Assembly (NCBI GenBank): GCA_943356745.1
Contig: CALRFT010000003.1
Span: 10,853 to 74,852 of the forward strand
Length of the DNA: 64,000 nt
From: Parcubacteria group bacterium
GTDB taxonomy: Bacteria; Patescibacteriota; Minisyncoccia; Phycocordibacterales; CSBR16-119
Direction: 5' to 3'
Shown: piece by piece, positions 38,124 through 47,624 of the stretch
Layout: each line of letters opens with the position of its first letter
Numbering within the stretch: position 1 is the first letter of the stretch
Translations under genes and position numbers: made by a program
Notes under the pieces: generated by a model
The model's database searches: none
Seen by the model: the letters and a program-made list of their open reading frames with translations, nothing else
Told to the model about the DNA's origin: nothing

Positions 38124-38597
38124 CTACAACCAGCAAAAAAGAATCTCGCGAAAAATTCCATCTACTATTGTTTTTCGCTCTGGGTTGCAAAAAATTTTAC
38201 CACCCTTAGAAATAAGAATTAGACCAACACGAGTGTCAGAATGACGCTTTTTGATTGAATCCAAAACTACCTTTTCGAGGTAATTAATCAAATAGTTAAG
38301 TTTTTCATATTCAGATGAAAGACGAAGCTCAACAACTATTTCTGGTATACACATCTCATGATATTGAGTGATTTTCTTGTAAAGAAGGGTACTCACAGCT
38401 TTCTCAAAATCATTCATTTCCCCAAAGAAAAGTGGAAATGTTACTTCTTTAGGTTCATTATTATTGATAATACCCACTTTAGTTCCAGCATAAAGAAGCT
38501 CATTGTTCACTGTTTCGATTTCCTCCTGAGAAATTGAAAGGAGTTCGCCAATCCAGGTGTCATCCAGGCTTGCAAGGGTTTTTTGATTGTAATCCAT
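38124..38597 (-). CDS. Hypothetical protein
   Basis: 157-aa ORF filling the argS-ileS gap; hairpin AGCCTTGTAA-AC-TTACAAGGCT downstream. Confidence 0.6.
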   Translation of the reverse strand: MDYNQKTLASLDDTWIGELLSISQEEIETVNNELLYAGTKVGIINNNEPKEVTFPLFFGEMNDFEKAVSTLLYKKITQYHEMCIPEIVVELRLSSEYEKLNYLINYLEKVVLDSIKKRHSDTRVGLILISKGGKIFCNPERKTIVDGIFREILFCWL

Positions 38598-38671
38598 AAT
38601 ATAAAGAACGGTTTTAAATTAGGTTTATATTGAAACATAATAAAAAAACATTGTCAAGCACTGTTTTTTTA

Positions 38672-40357
38672 TTACATCCTCTCCAAATATTTAATTCCCA
38701 AAAGATGAAGTCCGTTTCCGATTGTTGTTGCAACGGACTGAGTGAGCCAAAGATTGTAAGAAACATTCAAATTTTCTTCATCAAGAATTTTTGTATTTCC
38801 ATACCAAGAATTAAACTCTCGCGCAAGTATCAAAAGATAGGTTGCAACATGATGCGGTTCCCATAACTTTTGAGAAGCTTCCACAACCTCAGGAAAACGA
38901 CAGAGATATTTTTCAAGATCAGAAACTTTTTCATCTTGTAGTTTTTGTGGTCTTGGTGCCAAGTTCATCCCCTTTCCTTTCTCGATAATAGAAAGACATC
39001 GAGCAACAGTATATTGCAAATATGGACCAGAATCTCCTTCAAAAGAAAGTGAAGTTTCTGGATCAAAATCAATATTTTTTCCAGCCATTGCTTTCAAGAT
39101 TGAAAACTTAATCGCAGCAATAGAAATTGCGTCAATTTTTTGAGTGTCATTTTTGTCTTCCAATCTTTCTTTCACCTCTTCCCCCACAGTCTCCAAAACC
39201 TCACTTGCAAGCGGAACACCGCCAAGCCGTGAAGACATTTTCTTTCCCTTGAAAGTCATTCTTCCATGAGTTCTATGGATTGTTTTTTCTTTCCACTCTG
39301 GTTTGATTTCACCCGCAGCTTCAAGCACTACTTTGTAGTATGAAGATTGTTCATTGTCAGTAATAAGAATAGAGGTGTTGGGATTATATCGAGAAAATTT
39401 AATATCAAGAAGTCCAATATCCTTCGCTTCGTATGTTGGATATCCTTCACTATTAATAAATACTCTCGTATGAAGCCCACGCGCTTCTCCGTCAAAAATA
39501 ACAGCTCCGTCAGATTCTTGGAATACTGTTCCAATATTTTCTTTCACAATTTCTCGTCCGCGCGCCCCAGCCTCACTTTCAAAAATGAATTCATGAAATG
39601 AAGAACCAAGTCTTTTTGTTTCTCCCAAGAAATATTCAAGATTTATTTCCTTTCCTTTCAAGTATGCAGAAAATTCTCTCCCTTCTTCTTTTTCATAAAT
39701 CTTTCGAGTAATCTCTTTTATCTCTTTTTGAATTTCTTCGCTTTCCTCAAATGCTTTTGTTCCATCAACATAGCACTGTCCCAAGAAATTGAGTTTTTCT
39801 TCAACAGTTTCAAGAGTCGAAAGATTTCCTTCACCTTTTTGCAAAAGACTCCACACAGCCTTTCCGATTCCCAAAGAAACATCAGATGGATATGAAATTT
39901 TCAAAACCTTTGCGCCTGAATATTCTGCGAGTCTCACAATTGACTCACCAACAGTATTGTTCATCACGTGACCAATGTGAAATGGTTTGAAAAGATTTGG
40001 GCTTGAATGTTCCACCACAATAGTGTCACCTTTTCGTGATTCATTTTTTCCATATTCAGAATCAATCTCAGAAATTGTTTCGTAGAAAATTTCAGGAGAA
40101 AGAAAGAAATTGATAAATCCAGGACCAGCAACTTCCACCTTTTCAATTCCTTGCACAGAAGAAATTTGAGAAACAATCTGTTCTCCAATTTCTCGTGGAT
40201 TTTTCCCAAGAATTTTTCCGTATCGCATCGCAACATTTGTTGCAAAGTCTCCATGAGAAAGCTCTCCAGGATGCTCAAAAGAAACCTCAGGGTTTGGAAC
40301 CCCAAGATCTTTCAAAATTTCAGATATTATTTTTGTAAGTGTTTCCAAAATTTTCAT
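38672..40357 (-). CDS. argS: Arginine--tRNA ligase
   Basis: GPGFINF, SSPNLFKPFHIGH, KMSSR.G, GDSGPYLQY; start set at ATG 40357. Confidence 0.97.
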   Translation of the reverse strand: MKILETLTKIISEILKDLGVPNPEVSFEHPGELSHGDFATNVAMRYGKILGKNPREIGEQIVSQISSVQGIEKVEVAGPGFINFFLSPEIFYETISEIDSEYGKNESRKGDTIVVEHSSPNLFKPFHIGHVMNNTVGESIVRLAEYSGAKVLKISYPSDVSLGIGKAVWSLLQKGEGNLSTLETVEEKLNFLGQCYVDGTKAFEESEEIQKEIKEITRKIYEKEEGREFSAYLKGKEINLEYFLGETKRLGSSFHEFIFESEAGARGREIVKENIGTVFQESDGAVIFDGEARGLHTRVFINSEGYPTYEAKDIGLLDIKFSRYNPNTSILITDNEQSSYYKVVLEAAGEIKPEWKEKTIHRTHGRMTFKGKKMSSRLGGVPLASEVLETVGEEVKERLEDKNDTQKIDAISIAAIKFSILKAMAGKNIDFDPETSLSFEGDSGPYLQYTVARCLSIIEKGKGMNLAPRPQKLQDEKVSDLEKYLCRFPEVVEASQKLWEPHHVATYLLILAREFNSWYGNTKILDEENLNVSYNLWLTQSVATTIGNGLHLLGIKYLERM

Positions 40358-40376
40358 ATCAATACTATACCTCAAA

Positions 40377-40799
40377 TTACACTCCCGTGCTACCAAAACC
40401 TCCCTCTCCTCGAGACGAATCTGAAAGCTCTGAAACCTCTTCAATTTCAGCTTGTACAATTGGTTGTATTAAACCTTGCGCAACCTTTTTCCCTTTCTCA
40501 AAGGTGTAGGGTTCTTGCCCAAGATTTATTACAGCAATTTGAAGTTCTCCTCGATATCCCGAGTCAATCACACCAGCGATTGTTGTCACACCTCCCTTTG
40601 TTGAAATCCCGCTTTTGTCCCACACTAAAAATACATAACCTTCCGGAAATTCCATAGAGATGCCTGTTTTTACCAGCCCACGTTCACCGGGATTTAAAGT
40701 GAGAGTTTCTGACGCAAAAATATCCATCCCTGCGTCTCCCTTTTTTGCATAACTTGGAAACACCGCGTCACTGTGAAGTTTTTTGATTTTGAGTTTCAT
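40377..40799 (-). CDS. dut: Trimeric dUTP diphosphatase
   Basis: DAGMD, GVIDSGYRGE, AQ, RGEGGFGSTG; start set at ATG 40799. Confidence 0.96.
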   Translation of the reverse strand: MKLKIKKLHSDAVFPSYAKKGDAGMDIFASETLTLNPGERGLVKTGISMEFPEGYVFLVWDKSGISTKGGVTTIAGVIDSGYRGELQIAVINLGQEPYTFEKGKKVAQGLIQPIVQAEIEEVSELSDSSRGEGGFGSTGV

Positions 40800-40836
40800 A
40801 TTTAAATTGTACTCGGATGACCCAAAATCACAAACC

Positions 40837-40865
40837 TTGCACATCCAGCTTGTTTTCTATAGACT
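40837..40865 (+). promoter_or_regulatory. Sigma70-type promoter of the DUF1599 gene
   Basis: TTGCAC-N17-TAGACT. Confidence 0.55.
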
Positions 40866-40884
40866 GAGGGAAAATTTATGCACT

Positions 40885-41415
40885 ATGAACAAAAACGCAA
40901 TTGACTGGTTTGATGAAATTGTTGAACCCTGTAAGAAAACAGCTCAAGAAAAAGCACAAAGCTATGGAAGTAGCTGGACCTGGTATCGAGCAAGAAGTCT
41001 TGTTGATCGTATTTTTAGTAAAGCAAAACGAATACGAACCATTCAAGACACTGGTGAAAACAAGGTTGGAGAATCAATCCAAAGTGAATTTGAAGCAATT
41101 TTGAATTATTCAGTAATGTTTCTCATTCAATCAAAACGTAAATTTCAACCAGAAAATCTTTCATCAGATGAAGTTTTGAAACAATATGAGGAAAATCTCC
41201 TCGTATGTAAAACACTCATGAAAAAGAAAAACCATGACTATGGTGAAGCATGGCGTGATATGTCACAGGTTGGAATTGTTGATGAAATCATCGTAAAGCT
41301 TGAACGAGTAAAACAATTACTCAAAGAAAAACAAGATGTGAGCGACAATATCCCAGATGTTACAAACTACGCTATTTTCGCCCTCATCTTGATCAAAGAA
41401 GGACGAGAAGATTGA
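40885..41415 (+). CDS. Tandem DUF1599 (nucleotide modification associated domain 1) protein
   Basis: Two internal repeats: K...YG.SW...SLVDRI..K..RI...ILNYSVM and KNHDYGEAWRDM....VD.I.VKL.RVK...D.TNYAIFALI; start set at ATG 40885. Confidence 0.85.
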   Translation: MNKNAIDWFDEIVEPCKKTAQEKAQSYGSSWTWYRARSLVDRIFSKAKRIRTIQDTGENKVGESIQSEFEAILNYSVMFLIQSKRKFQPENLSSDEVLKQYEENLLVCKTLMKKKNHDYGEAWRDMSQVGIVDEIIVKLERVKQLLKEKQDVSDNIPDVTNYAIFALILIKEGRED

Positions 41416-41460
41416 AAATTTAATTAACCGCCCGCGCTTTGCGCGAGCGGTTTTTTCTAT

Positions 41461-41490
41461 TTGACCAAATCAAACCAAATAAGGTAAGCT
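41461..41490 (+). promoter_or_regulatory. Sigma70-type promoter of thyX
   Basis: TTGACC-N18-TAAGCT directly after the terminator at 41426-41456. Confidence 0.55.
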
Positions 41491-41517
41491 TGGGGAAACC
41501 AATTAAATTTAAGTTCT

Positions 41518-42864
41518 ATGACACATGTAAAACTCGTACAACCACTTGAAACAACTGGTATCCATATTCGAGATCAGTATTCTCCAGAAGACACCGCAAT
41601 GATGCAAGCTCTTTATTCGCGAAGTCCTGACAGTGTTCTTAACCATGAAAAAAAGGTTGAGGAACAAGGATCTGAAAAATTTATGGATATATTCTATGTG
41701 GGATATGACCATAAAAGTATCGGTGATTGTGGGACCACAACCATCTTTATAGAAGGAGTCAGTATGATCACCGCAAAAATTTTGCAAGATTGGCAACTCT
41801 ACAGTGGACAAGAAGCAAGTACCCGGTATCTCGACTGGTCAAAACAATCTGTTATTGATCCTCTGAATACTGAACTTTCAAGAAGCATCATCCAAAAGAT
41901 GATGAACTTCTATGCTTGGGCTCAACCTAAGCTTGTAGAATTTTTGAAAGAAAAGTACGCAATGAAAGAAGGAGAAACAGAAAAGCAATACGAAAAAGCA
42001 ATCAATGCTCGTTCGTTTGACATCCTCCGTGGATTCCTTCCTTCCGGCGCACAAACCAATCTTTCATGGCACACAAATCTTAGACAAGCTGGTGACAAAC
42101 TTCAAAAGATGATTCACCATCCGCTACCAGAAGCTCGCATACTTGCAGAAAAAATCCTCTTACAACTTAAGGAAAAGTACACAGGAAGCTTTAACTTTCG
42201 TGACTATCCTGAAGGTGAAGAGTACACAAAAATGGAAATGGAAGAACTTGCTTTTTATGATCCTTGGTATGTTAATAAACCAACCCATGTCATGGATGGC
42301 GAAGTTTCTATGAAAACACAAATATGTGCAATGGATCTTCTTCCGTTTAAAAAATTCATTGACCAGAGACCTAAGTACACAAATCTCCCTGTTTAAACTG
42401 ATGAACTTGGAATGATTACATGGGAATTCTTACTGGATTTTGGGTCTTTTCGTGATCTTCAACGCCACAGAAAAGGTGTTTGCCGTATTCCGAAACTCAC
42501 AGTTAAGTATGGTTTTGAATCTTGGTACCTTGATCAGCTTTCTCCAGAAATTAAAGAAGAGGCAGAAAATCTTCTTCGTGAAATTGAAAGTGACATTGTC
42601 GAATTGGGCGACGGACTTGAAGTTCAGTATTACATACCAATGGGATACAAAATCCCCTGCAAAAATACGTATGGGTTAATGGCAACTGTATACATCACTG
42701 AACTTCGTTCAGGAAAAACAGTTCATCCTACCATGAGAAAAATTGCCCAAGGTATGTATGAGAGACTTATGGAAAAGTTTCCCAATCTCAAACTCTACAC
42801 CGACCTCAGCGAAGATGAATTCTCGTATAAAAGAGGTGGTCAGGATATTATTGAGAAAAAGTAA
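41518..42864 (+). pseudogene. thyX: Long two-domain FAD-dependent thymidylate synthase (ThyX/Thy1) interrupted by one in-frame TAA at 42394-42396
   Basis: YSRS, YVGYDHKSIGD, QEASTRY, FDILRGFLP in the first part and FRDLQRHR, ELRS....HP in the second; both ORFs are in one frame (CCT GTT TAA ACT GAT GAA CTT GGA ATG). Confidence 0.8.
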
Positions 42865-42900
42865 TTTAAAAACCCTGCACGTTTGCGGGGTTTTTCTTAT

Positions 42901-42929
42901 TTGACTAGACAGTCTTAAAAAGGTAATGT
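42901..42929 (+). promoter_or_regulatory. Sigma70-type promoter of dcd
   Basis: TTGACT-N17-TAATGT directly after the terminator at 42868-42895. Confidence 0.5.
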
Positions 42930-42960
42930 TTACAAAAAGTTCAATTAAATCTATAACACC

Positions 42961-43596
42961 ATGAGACTTTCTGCTATCGATATCAAAAAAGGAATCAATA
43001 AAGGATCTATTACTGTTGACCCATTGTTTCCCAATGCCATACAACCAGCAACAGTTGACCTCCATCTTGGAAGACACTTTCTTGTATTTGAAGCATCAAA
43101 CTTAAAATCACTTGATTTAACAAAACCAATGGAAGAACACATGCGGAAAGTAACACTTGATGAAAACCACCCAGAGTTTGTTCTTCATCCACACAAGTTC
43201 GCGCTCGGGATTACACACGAACTTATAGGGACTGACCTTGGTCACTGTTGCAAGATAGACGGAATTAGTTCGATTGCACGCGCAGGGATTTTTGTTCACA
43301 TCACAGCAAGCAACATCAATCCAGGTCACAAACTTCATGTAACTTTAGAACTATTCAATGCTCTTGAGGTTCCTGTTGCACTTCATTGGGGTATGCCTAT
43401 TGCACAGATGGAGTTTTATCAACTTAAAACCCCACTCACAAAAAATGACGTTTACAAAGGTAATTTTTCAACTGTTAGTAAACAATCCCCGACCGCAAGT
43501 CAGTACTTTAAAAACTACTTGCCAGAAAAAAGTGAATGGATAAAATTTATGTGTAAAATACATGGAATTAATCCAATAACATTTGAAAGAACCTAG
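42961..43596 (+). CDS. dcd: dCTP deaminase
   Basis: IQPATVDLHLG, G.SSIARAG..VH.TA..I.PG, TLELFN, IAQ. Confidence 0.88.
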   Translation: MRLSAIDIKKGINKGSITVDPLFPNAIQPATVDLHLGRHFLVFEASNLKSLDLTKPMEEHMRKVTLDENHPEFVLHPHKFALGITHELIGTDLGHCCKIDGISSIARAGIFVHITASNINPGHKLHVTLELFNALEVPVALHWGMPIAQMEFYQLKTPLTKNDVYKGNFSTVSKQSPTASQYFKNYLPEKSEWIKFMCKIHGINPITFERT

Positions 43597-43611
43597 TTTT
43601 TTCAGCAAATC

Positions 43612-43638
43612 AAAAGCGACCCTTTCGGGTCGCTTTTT
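43612..43638. terminator. Bidirectional terminator between dcd and rplK
   Basis: AAAAGCGACCC-TTTC-GGGTCGCTTTTTT. Confidence 0.8.
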
Positions 43639-43647
43639 TATTTATAT

Positions 43648-44082
43648 TTAATCAACAATTTCTACTCCCATAGAAAAACATTGTCCTTCTACGATTTTCA
43701 TTGCTGCCTCAATTGTCTTAGCGTTAAGATCTGGCATTTTTTGCTCAGCAATCTTTTGAACTTGTGCCTTTGTAAGTTTCCCTACTTTCTTAGATCTGTT
43801 TTTTCCTGATCCTGAAGCGATTCCAAGTTCTTGCTTAATAAGGTGTGACATAAGAGTTTGTCCAACCGTAAATTCAAATGATCGGTCTTCGTACACAAAG
43901 ATTTTTACAGGAACCTTTCCTTTCATTTCTCGTGTTCGTTCGTTGAATTCTTGAGTGAACGCACTAATGTTTACTCCCGCTTGTCCAAGTGCTGGTCCAA
44001 GTGGTGGTTGTGGAGTAGCTTTTCCAGCTTCCACTTGCACTTTCACAGTCTTTACTGGTGCTTTTTTCTTTTTCGGTGCCAT
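43648..44082 (-). CDS. rplK: 50S ribosomal protein uL11
   Basis: AGKATP.PPLGPALGQ.GVNI, KMPDLNA, SMGVE. Confidence 0.97.
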   Translation of the reverse strand: MAPKKKKAPVKTVKVQVEAGKATPQPPLGPALGQAGVNISAFTQEFNERTREMKGKVPVKIFVYEDRSFEFTVGQTLMSHLIKQELGIASGSGKNRSKKVGKLTKAQVQKIAEQKMPDLNAKTIEAAMKIVEGQCFSMGVEIVD

Positions 44083-44095
44083 AGTATTTTAGTAA

Positions 44096-44644
44096 TTAAA
44101 TCTTTTTAATCTGAAGAAAATCAAGTTCAACAGGAGTTTCTCGTCCGAACATATTTACAAGTACACGAATCTTTCCTCGTTCTTTGTCGATTTCAGCAAT
44201 CTTGCCTTCGTGGTCTTTAAATGGACCATCAACCACAAGAATACTTTCACCAATTTCAAGATCAAGGTTTGCAATATCTCGCTCACTTGTTTTCATTCGA
44301 CTGAAGATGTAGTTAATTTCTTCTTCAGCAACTGGAACTGGGTTTACCCCTGCCCCAACGAATCCTGTTACTCGTGGAGTGTTTCGAACAACATACCACG
44401 AATCATCATCCACAAGCATGTCCACAAGAACATATCCTGGATAAATTTTTTCTTCTGTTTCTGTTTTCTTTCCTCCTTTAATTTTTACTTTCTTCTCAAC
44501 TGGAACGATAACATCGAAAATTTTATTTTGCATTCCGAGTGTATCGATTCGTTGCTTCAAATTTCGCGCAACTGCATTTTCATATCCTGAATAGGTATGA
44601 ATTGCGTACCAGTTTCGATTTTGTGAACTATCTTGTTTTGCCAT
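44096..44644 (-). CDS. nusG: Transcription factor NusG
   Basis: WYAIHTYSGYE, YPGYVLV, RNTPRVTGFVG, KOW DGPF, FGRETPVEL. Confidence 0.98.
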   Translation of the reverse strand: MAKQDSSQNRNWYAIHTYSGYENAVARNLKQRIDTLGMQNKIFDVIVPVEKKVKIKGGKKTETEEKIYPGYVLVDMLVDDDSWYVVRNTPRVTGFVGAGVNPVPVAEEEINYIFSRMKTSERDIANLDLEIGESILVVDGPFKDHEGKIAEIDKERGKIRVLVNMFGRETPVELDFLQIKKI

Positions 44645-44683
44645 AGATAGAAAAGGTATAAAAACCTATTAATTAATAAAAAA

Positions 44684-44860
44684 TTAAAGAATGATATTCA
44701 AAAGATAACTGAAGACGAAATCAAAGAATCCTAGGTAATATCCCACAAGAAATGCAGCTATTACAACAGCGATTGTTGAAACAATAGTTGTTTTTCGTGT
44801 TGGCCAATTGATATGTTTTGCTTCGGCTCGAGTATCTTTTATAAATTGAAAAATTTTCAT
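44684..44860 (-). CDS. secE: Preprotein translocase subunit SecE (58 aa, not in the ORF track)
   Basis: MKIFQFIKDTRAEAKHINWPTRKTTIVSTIAVVIAAFLVGYYLGFFDFVFSYLLNIIL; directly upstream of nusG. Confidence 0.93.
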   Translation of the reverse strand: MKIFQFIKDTRAEAKHINWPTRKTTIVSTIAVVIAAFLVGYYLGFFDFVFSYLLNIIL

Positions 44861-44954
44861 ATATTTTTTAGTCTGATAGAGAGGCGTCAGACTGTATTAT
44901 ACAAACCAGCTTTCACTATGTTTGTTATTAAAAAACACCCCTCAGGGCTCTTTT

Positions 44955-44983
44955 ATATTACTTCTAACTAGGGTTTTTGTCAA
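44955..44983 (-). promoter_or_regulatory. Sigma70-type promoter of secE-nusG-rplK
   Basis: TTGACA-N17-TAATAT. Confidence 0.7.
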
Positions 44984-44994
44984 TCAAGACACTT

Positions 44995-45555
44995 TTAAAG
45001 ACCTTGAGTCCAAGTTACACCAAAAAGTATAAAAAGTACCAAAGTAATATTTCCCAAAAGACCTGGAATTATAAAACTAAGATATGGAAAACGAGCAAAC
45101 GAAAGAGCAACCATTAAAAAGTCTCCTGGAAGTGGAGTAAAACCTGTATACAAATACACAATAGACTGAACCACGAATCGAGGCTTTCGACTCAACCATT
45201 TTGCATATTTTTCTGCGAGTATTTTAATTTTTCCTGAAATATTATCTCTTCCCCATGTACCAATAAGATAAAAAATAGCATCACCGACTGAAAGGCCTGT
45301 TCCTGCAACCAAAGCAATCATCCAAGGATTGAGTCCAGTACTAGCAAGACTTACTATTGTTGCGTAATAAGAAGATGAAGTAAAACTTGAAGAACCAGCA
45401 ATCATTGCGACAAAAAAGAGAACTAGGTAACTATTTGTGACACCAATAGCTTCAATGACTTTTTCTATATCCACAAAGAAAAAAAGCACACCTAGTGTGA
45501 CCAGAAAGAAAAGTATCCAAATAATTCCTTTAAAGTGACGAACTCTATGTCTCAT
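44995..45555 (-). CDS. DedA/VTT-like membrane protein
   Basis: G..VGD...Y.IG..G and FTPLPGD motifs; start set at ATG 45555. Confidence 0.7.
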   Translation of the reverse strand: MRHRVRHFKGIIWILFFLVTLGVLFFFVDIEKVIEAIGVTNSYLVLFFVAMIAGSSSFTSSSYYATIVSLASTGLNPWMIALVAGTGLSVGDAIFYLIGTWGRDNISGKIKILAEKYAKWLSRKPRFVVQSIVYLYTGFTPLPGDFLMVALSFARFPYLSFIIPGLLGNITLVLFILFGVTWTQGL

Positions 45556-45601
45556 GTAAAAAGTATAACACAATAAAAAAATCTCCTTGCGGAGATTTTT
45601 T

Positions 45602-46396
45602 TTATTTTATTTTAAACACCAATGTAACCTGCATTTCGAATTCATCTTCACCGACAGGAATTGAAACTGCTTTCATTTCTACTGATTCTGCCATCGCCAT
45701 ATCCATCCCACCCTCTCGAGCACTCATGTATGGTGCATACCCTCCAGTACTTTCGTAGAAATCAACCATCTTTCCAAGTCTTACACCAAGATTATCAGCA
45801 ATGATTTCTGCCTCTTTTCGAGCGTCTTCAATTGCCAAACTTCGAGCTTCTTGTTGATACACACTCGGGTCATCAATTTCAAAATATGGCCCAGAAAGTT
45901 CTGTTGCTCCACTTTGAGCAAGAACACCAAGTATTTCACCAGCCTGATCAATATTTCGAACGGTTACTTCAATTGATTGAGAAACTTCGTACGCAGCAAG
46001 TTCTCGATTTCCATCAACACAATATATTCCTGTGCAGTTTGGTTTGTAGTCATATCGAGGATAGGCATTGTAAGCAACTTGATCAATATCTTTTTCTTCA
46101 ATTCCATACTGTTTGAGAGATTCAAGAGCTTTTGAAATTGTTGCTTCAAGATTAGCTTGCGCAGTCTTGAGATCTTTATTTTCTTCTCTGTGACCAAAAG
46201 TAATTTTAGCAACATCTGGAACAGCTTTTACAGTACCGATACCTTGAACCTCAATAGTATCAGTATAATTATTCATTGAATTAGAGTTTCGATACATTGA
46301 AACTGCCGTAATTGAAAGAATAATTATCAAAAGCCCAAGGAAACCGGTCGCTGAATTAAGAAACAATTGTAATGCTTTGTTAGTATTTGAATCCAT
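45602..46396 (-). CDS. SIMPL (DUF541) domain protein
   Basis: IEVQG.G.V...PDVA, A..DAR..A..IA..LGV.LG, IPVGE. Confidence 0.9.
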   Translation of the reverse strand: MDSNTNKALQLFLNSATGFLGLLIIILSITAVSMYRNSNSMNNYTDTIEVQGIGTVKAVPDVAKITFGHREENKDLKTAQANLEATISKALESLKQYGIEEKDIDQVAYNAYPRYDYKPNCTGIYCVDGNRELAAYEVSQSIEVTVRNIDQAGEILGVLAQSGATELSGPYFEIDDPSVYQQEARSLAIEDARKEAEIIADNLGVRLGKMVDFYESTGGYAPYMSAREGGMDMAMAESVEMKAVSIPVGEDEFEMQVTLVFKIK

Positions 46397-46400
46397 ATAA

Positions 46401-47132
46401 TTAGTGAGATTTTAATTGAAGGTACGGAGAAACAGTAAGAAGTGAGAACCAAGGCGCGAGTGCAATTCCAAATATGATTACAACTATTTCAGAAAGGATT
46501 GGAGAAATAAATCCAATTCTACTTGTAATAATCTGAACAACAGCCGAAAGAATACTTACACAAATAATGAAGAGAAGAAACTTCCATCCATTCCCTTTCA
46601 TCATTGTATGACTTTTTTTCATTGAATTTATAATTGTTTCTTTTGAATCAACAAGAATATACACAGAGAAAGCAAGACGAACTGCAACATATGCAACCCA
46701 AACAATAAATGCAGAAATTCCAAGAATTGGATGAATCTTTGAAAGTCCAAGAGAAAGGAGATATCCGATGATAAGTGCGCCCCCACCCACTAGTAGTAAT
46801 AATCCTGTTGTTTTTGCAATTAACTTAAAATTCCAAACTGATGAAAATGATTTCTTAAAGTGCACTTCTTTTGTTTTATACGCAACAAGAGAAAGATTAA
46901 TATTTACAAGAATAAAGTAAACACCTAAAAACAGGAATAGTGCAAGAAGTGGAATCATTACCCACCAAAGACCACGTAGAAGTAATACTGTACTAAGGAA
47001 TCCAGAAGCTCCAAATACAATATAAAGTCCTATAATTGCAACAAAACTTACTAGAATAAATGGCAAATAAAACTTTTTTGAAGTAAAAATACTCCAAGAG
47101 TCTTTAAAAGATTTTTTAATACTAAATGTCAT
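46401..47132 (-). CDS. Integral membrane protein (DUF975-like)
   Basis: Several TMs; YILVD......SMKKS...MKGN.WK. Confidence 0.7.
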   Translation of the reverse strand: MTFSIKKSFKDSWSIFTSKKFYLPFILVSFVAIIGLYIVFGASGFLSTVLLLRGLWWVMIPLLALFLFLGVYFILVNINLSLVAYKTKEVHFKKSFSSVWNFKLIAKTTGLLLLVGGGALIIGYLLSLGLSKIHPILGISAFIVWVAYVAVRLAFSVYILVDSKETIINSMKKSHTMMKGNGWKFLLFIICVSILSAVVQIITSRIGFISPILSEIVVIIFGIALAPWFSLLTVSPYLQLKSH

Positions 47133-47177
47133 AATTGTTTATTAATTTTAATAATTGATTTAATTATACAATATAAT

Positions 47178-47612
47178 TTATTGAATTCCCAAAAGCTCAA
47201 CTTCAAAGATAAGTGTTGAATTTGGAGGAATTGGGCCAACTTGATTATCTCCATATCCATACGCTGGCGGAATAATAAGTTTTCTCTTTTCACCAACTTT
47301 CATATTTTGAAGACCTTGATCCCAACCAGCAATTACACTTCCGGTTCCGTATGGAAACTCAAATGGTTGCCCTCGAGTCAAACTTGAATCAAATACAACA
47401 CCATCTTCTAATGTTCCCGTGTAATGAACCACAGCAATTTGCCCAGGTTGAAGCATTGCCTCACCAGTTCCTTCTTGCAAAACAGTAACCATGAGTTCAG
47501 ATTGAGATTGTTCCATTGTTTGATTCTCAGTATTTTGTTGAGGCTTCATAATAAAGACAACCCCAACAATAACACCTACGATTATAATAATTGAAATAAT
47601 TGTTTGTTTCAT
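47178..47612 (-). CDS. FKBP-type peptidyl-prolyl isomerase
   Basis: [40 protein letters not shown]. Confidence 0.96.
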   Translation of the reverse strand: MKQTIISIIIIVGVIVGVVFIMKPQQNTENQTMEQSQSELMVTVLQEGTGEAMLQPGQIAVVHYTGTLEDGVVFDSSLTRGQPFEFPYGTGSVIAGWDQGLQNMKVGEKRKLIIPPAYGYGDNQVGPIPPNSTLIFEVELLGIQ

Positions 47613-47624
47613 ATATATAGTATA

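Noticed and set aside
42394-42396. Stop-codon reassignment (as in code-25 Gracilibacteria/Absconditabacteria) to explain the thyX stop
   Set aside because: Those lineages recode TGA; this stop is TAA, which ends many conserved genes here, and TGA also ends genes normally (for example 41413-41415).
44861-44954. tRNA-Trp or a regulatory RNA upstream of secE
   Set aside because: No cloverleaf or T-loop; only two short hairpins (for example AGUCUGA/UCAGACU), too little to call.
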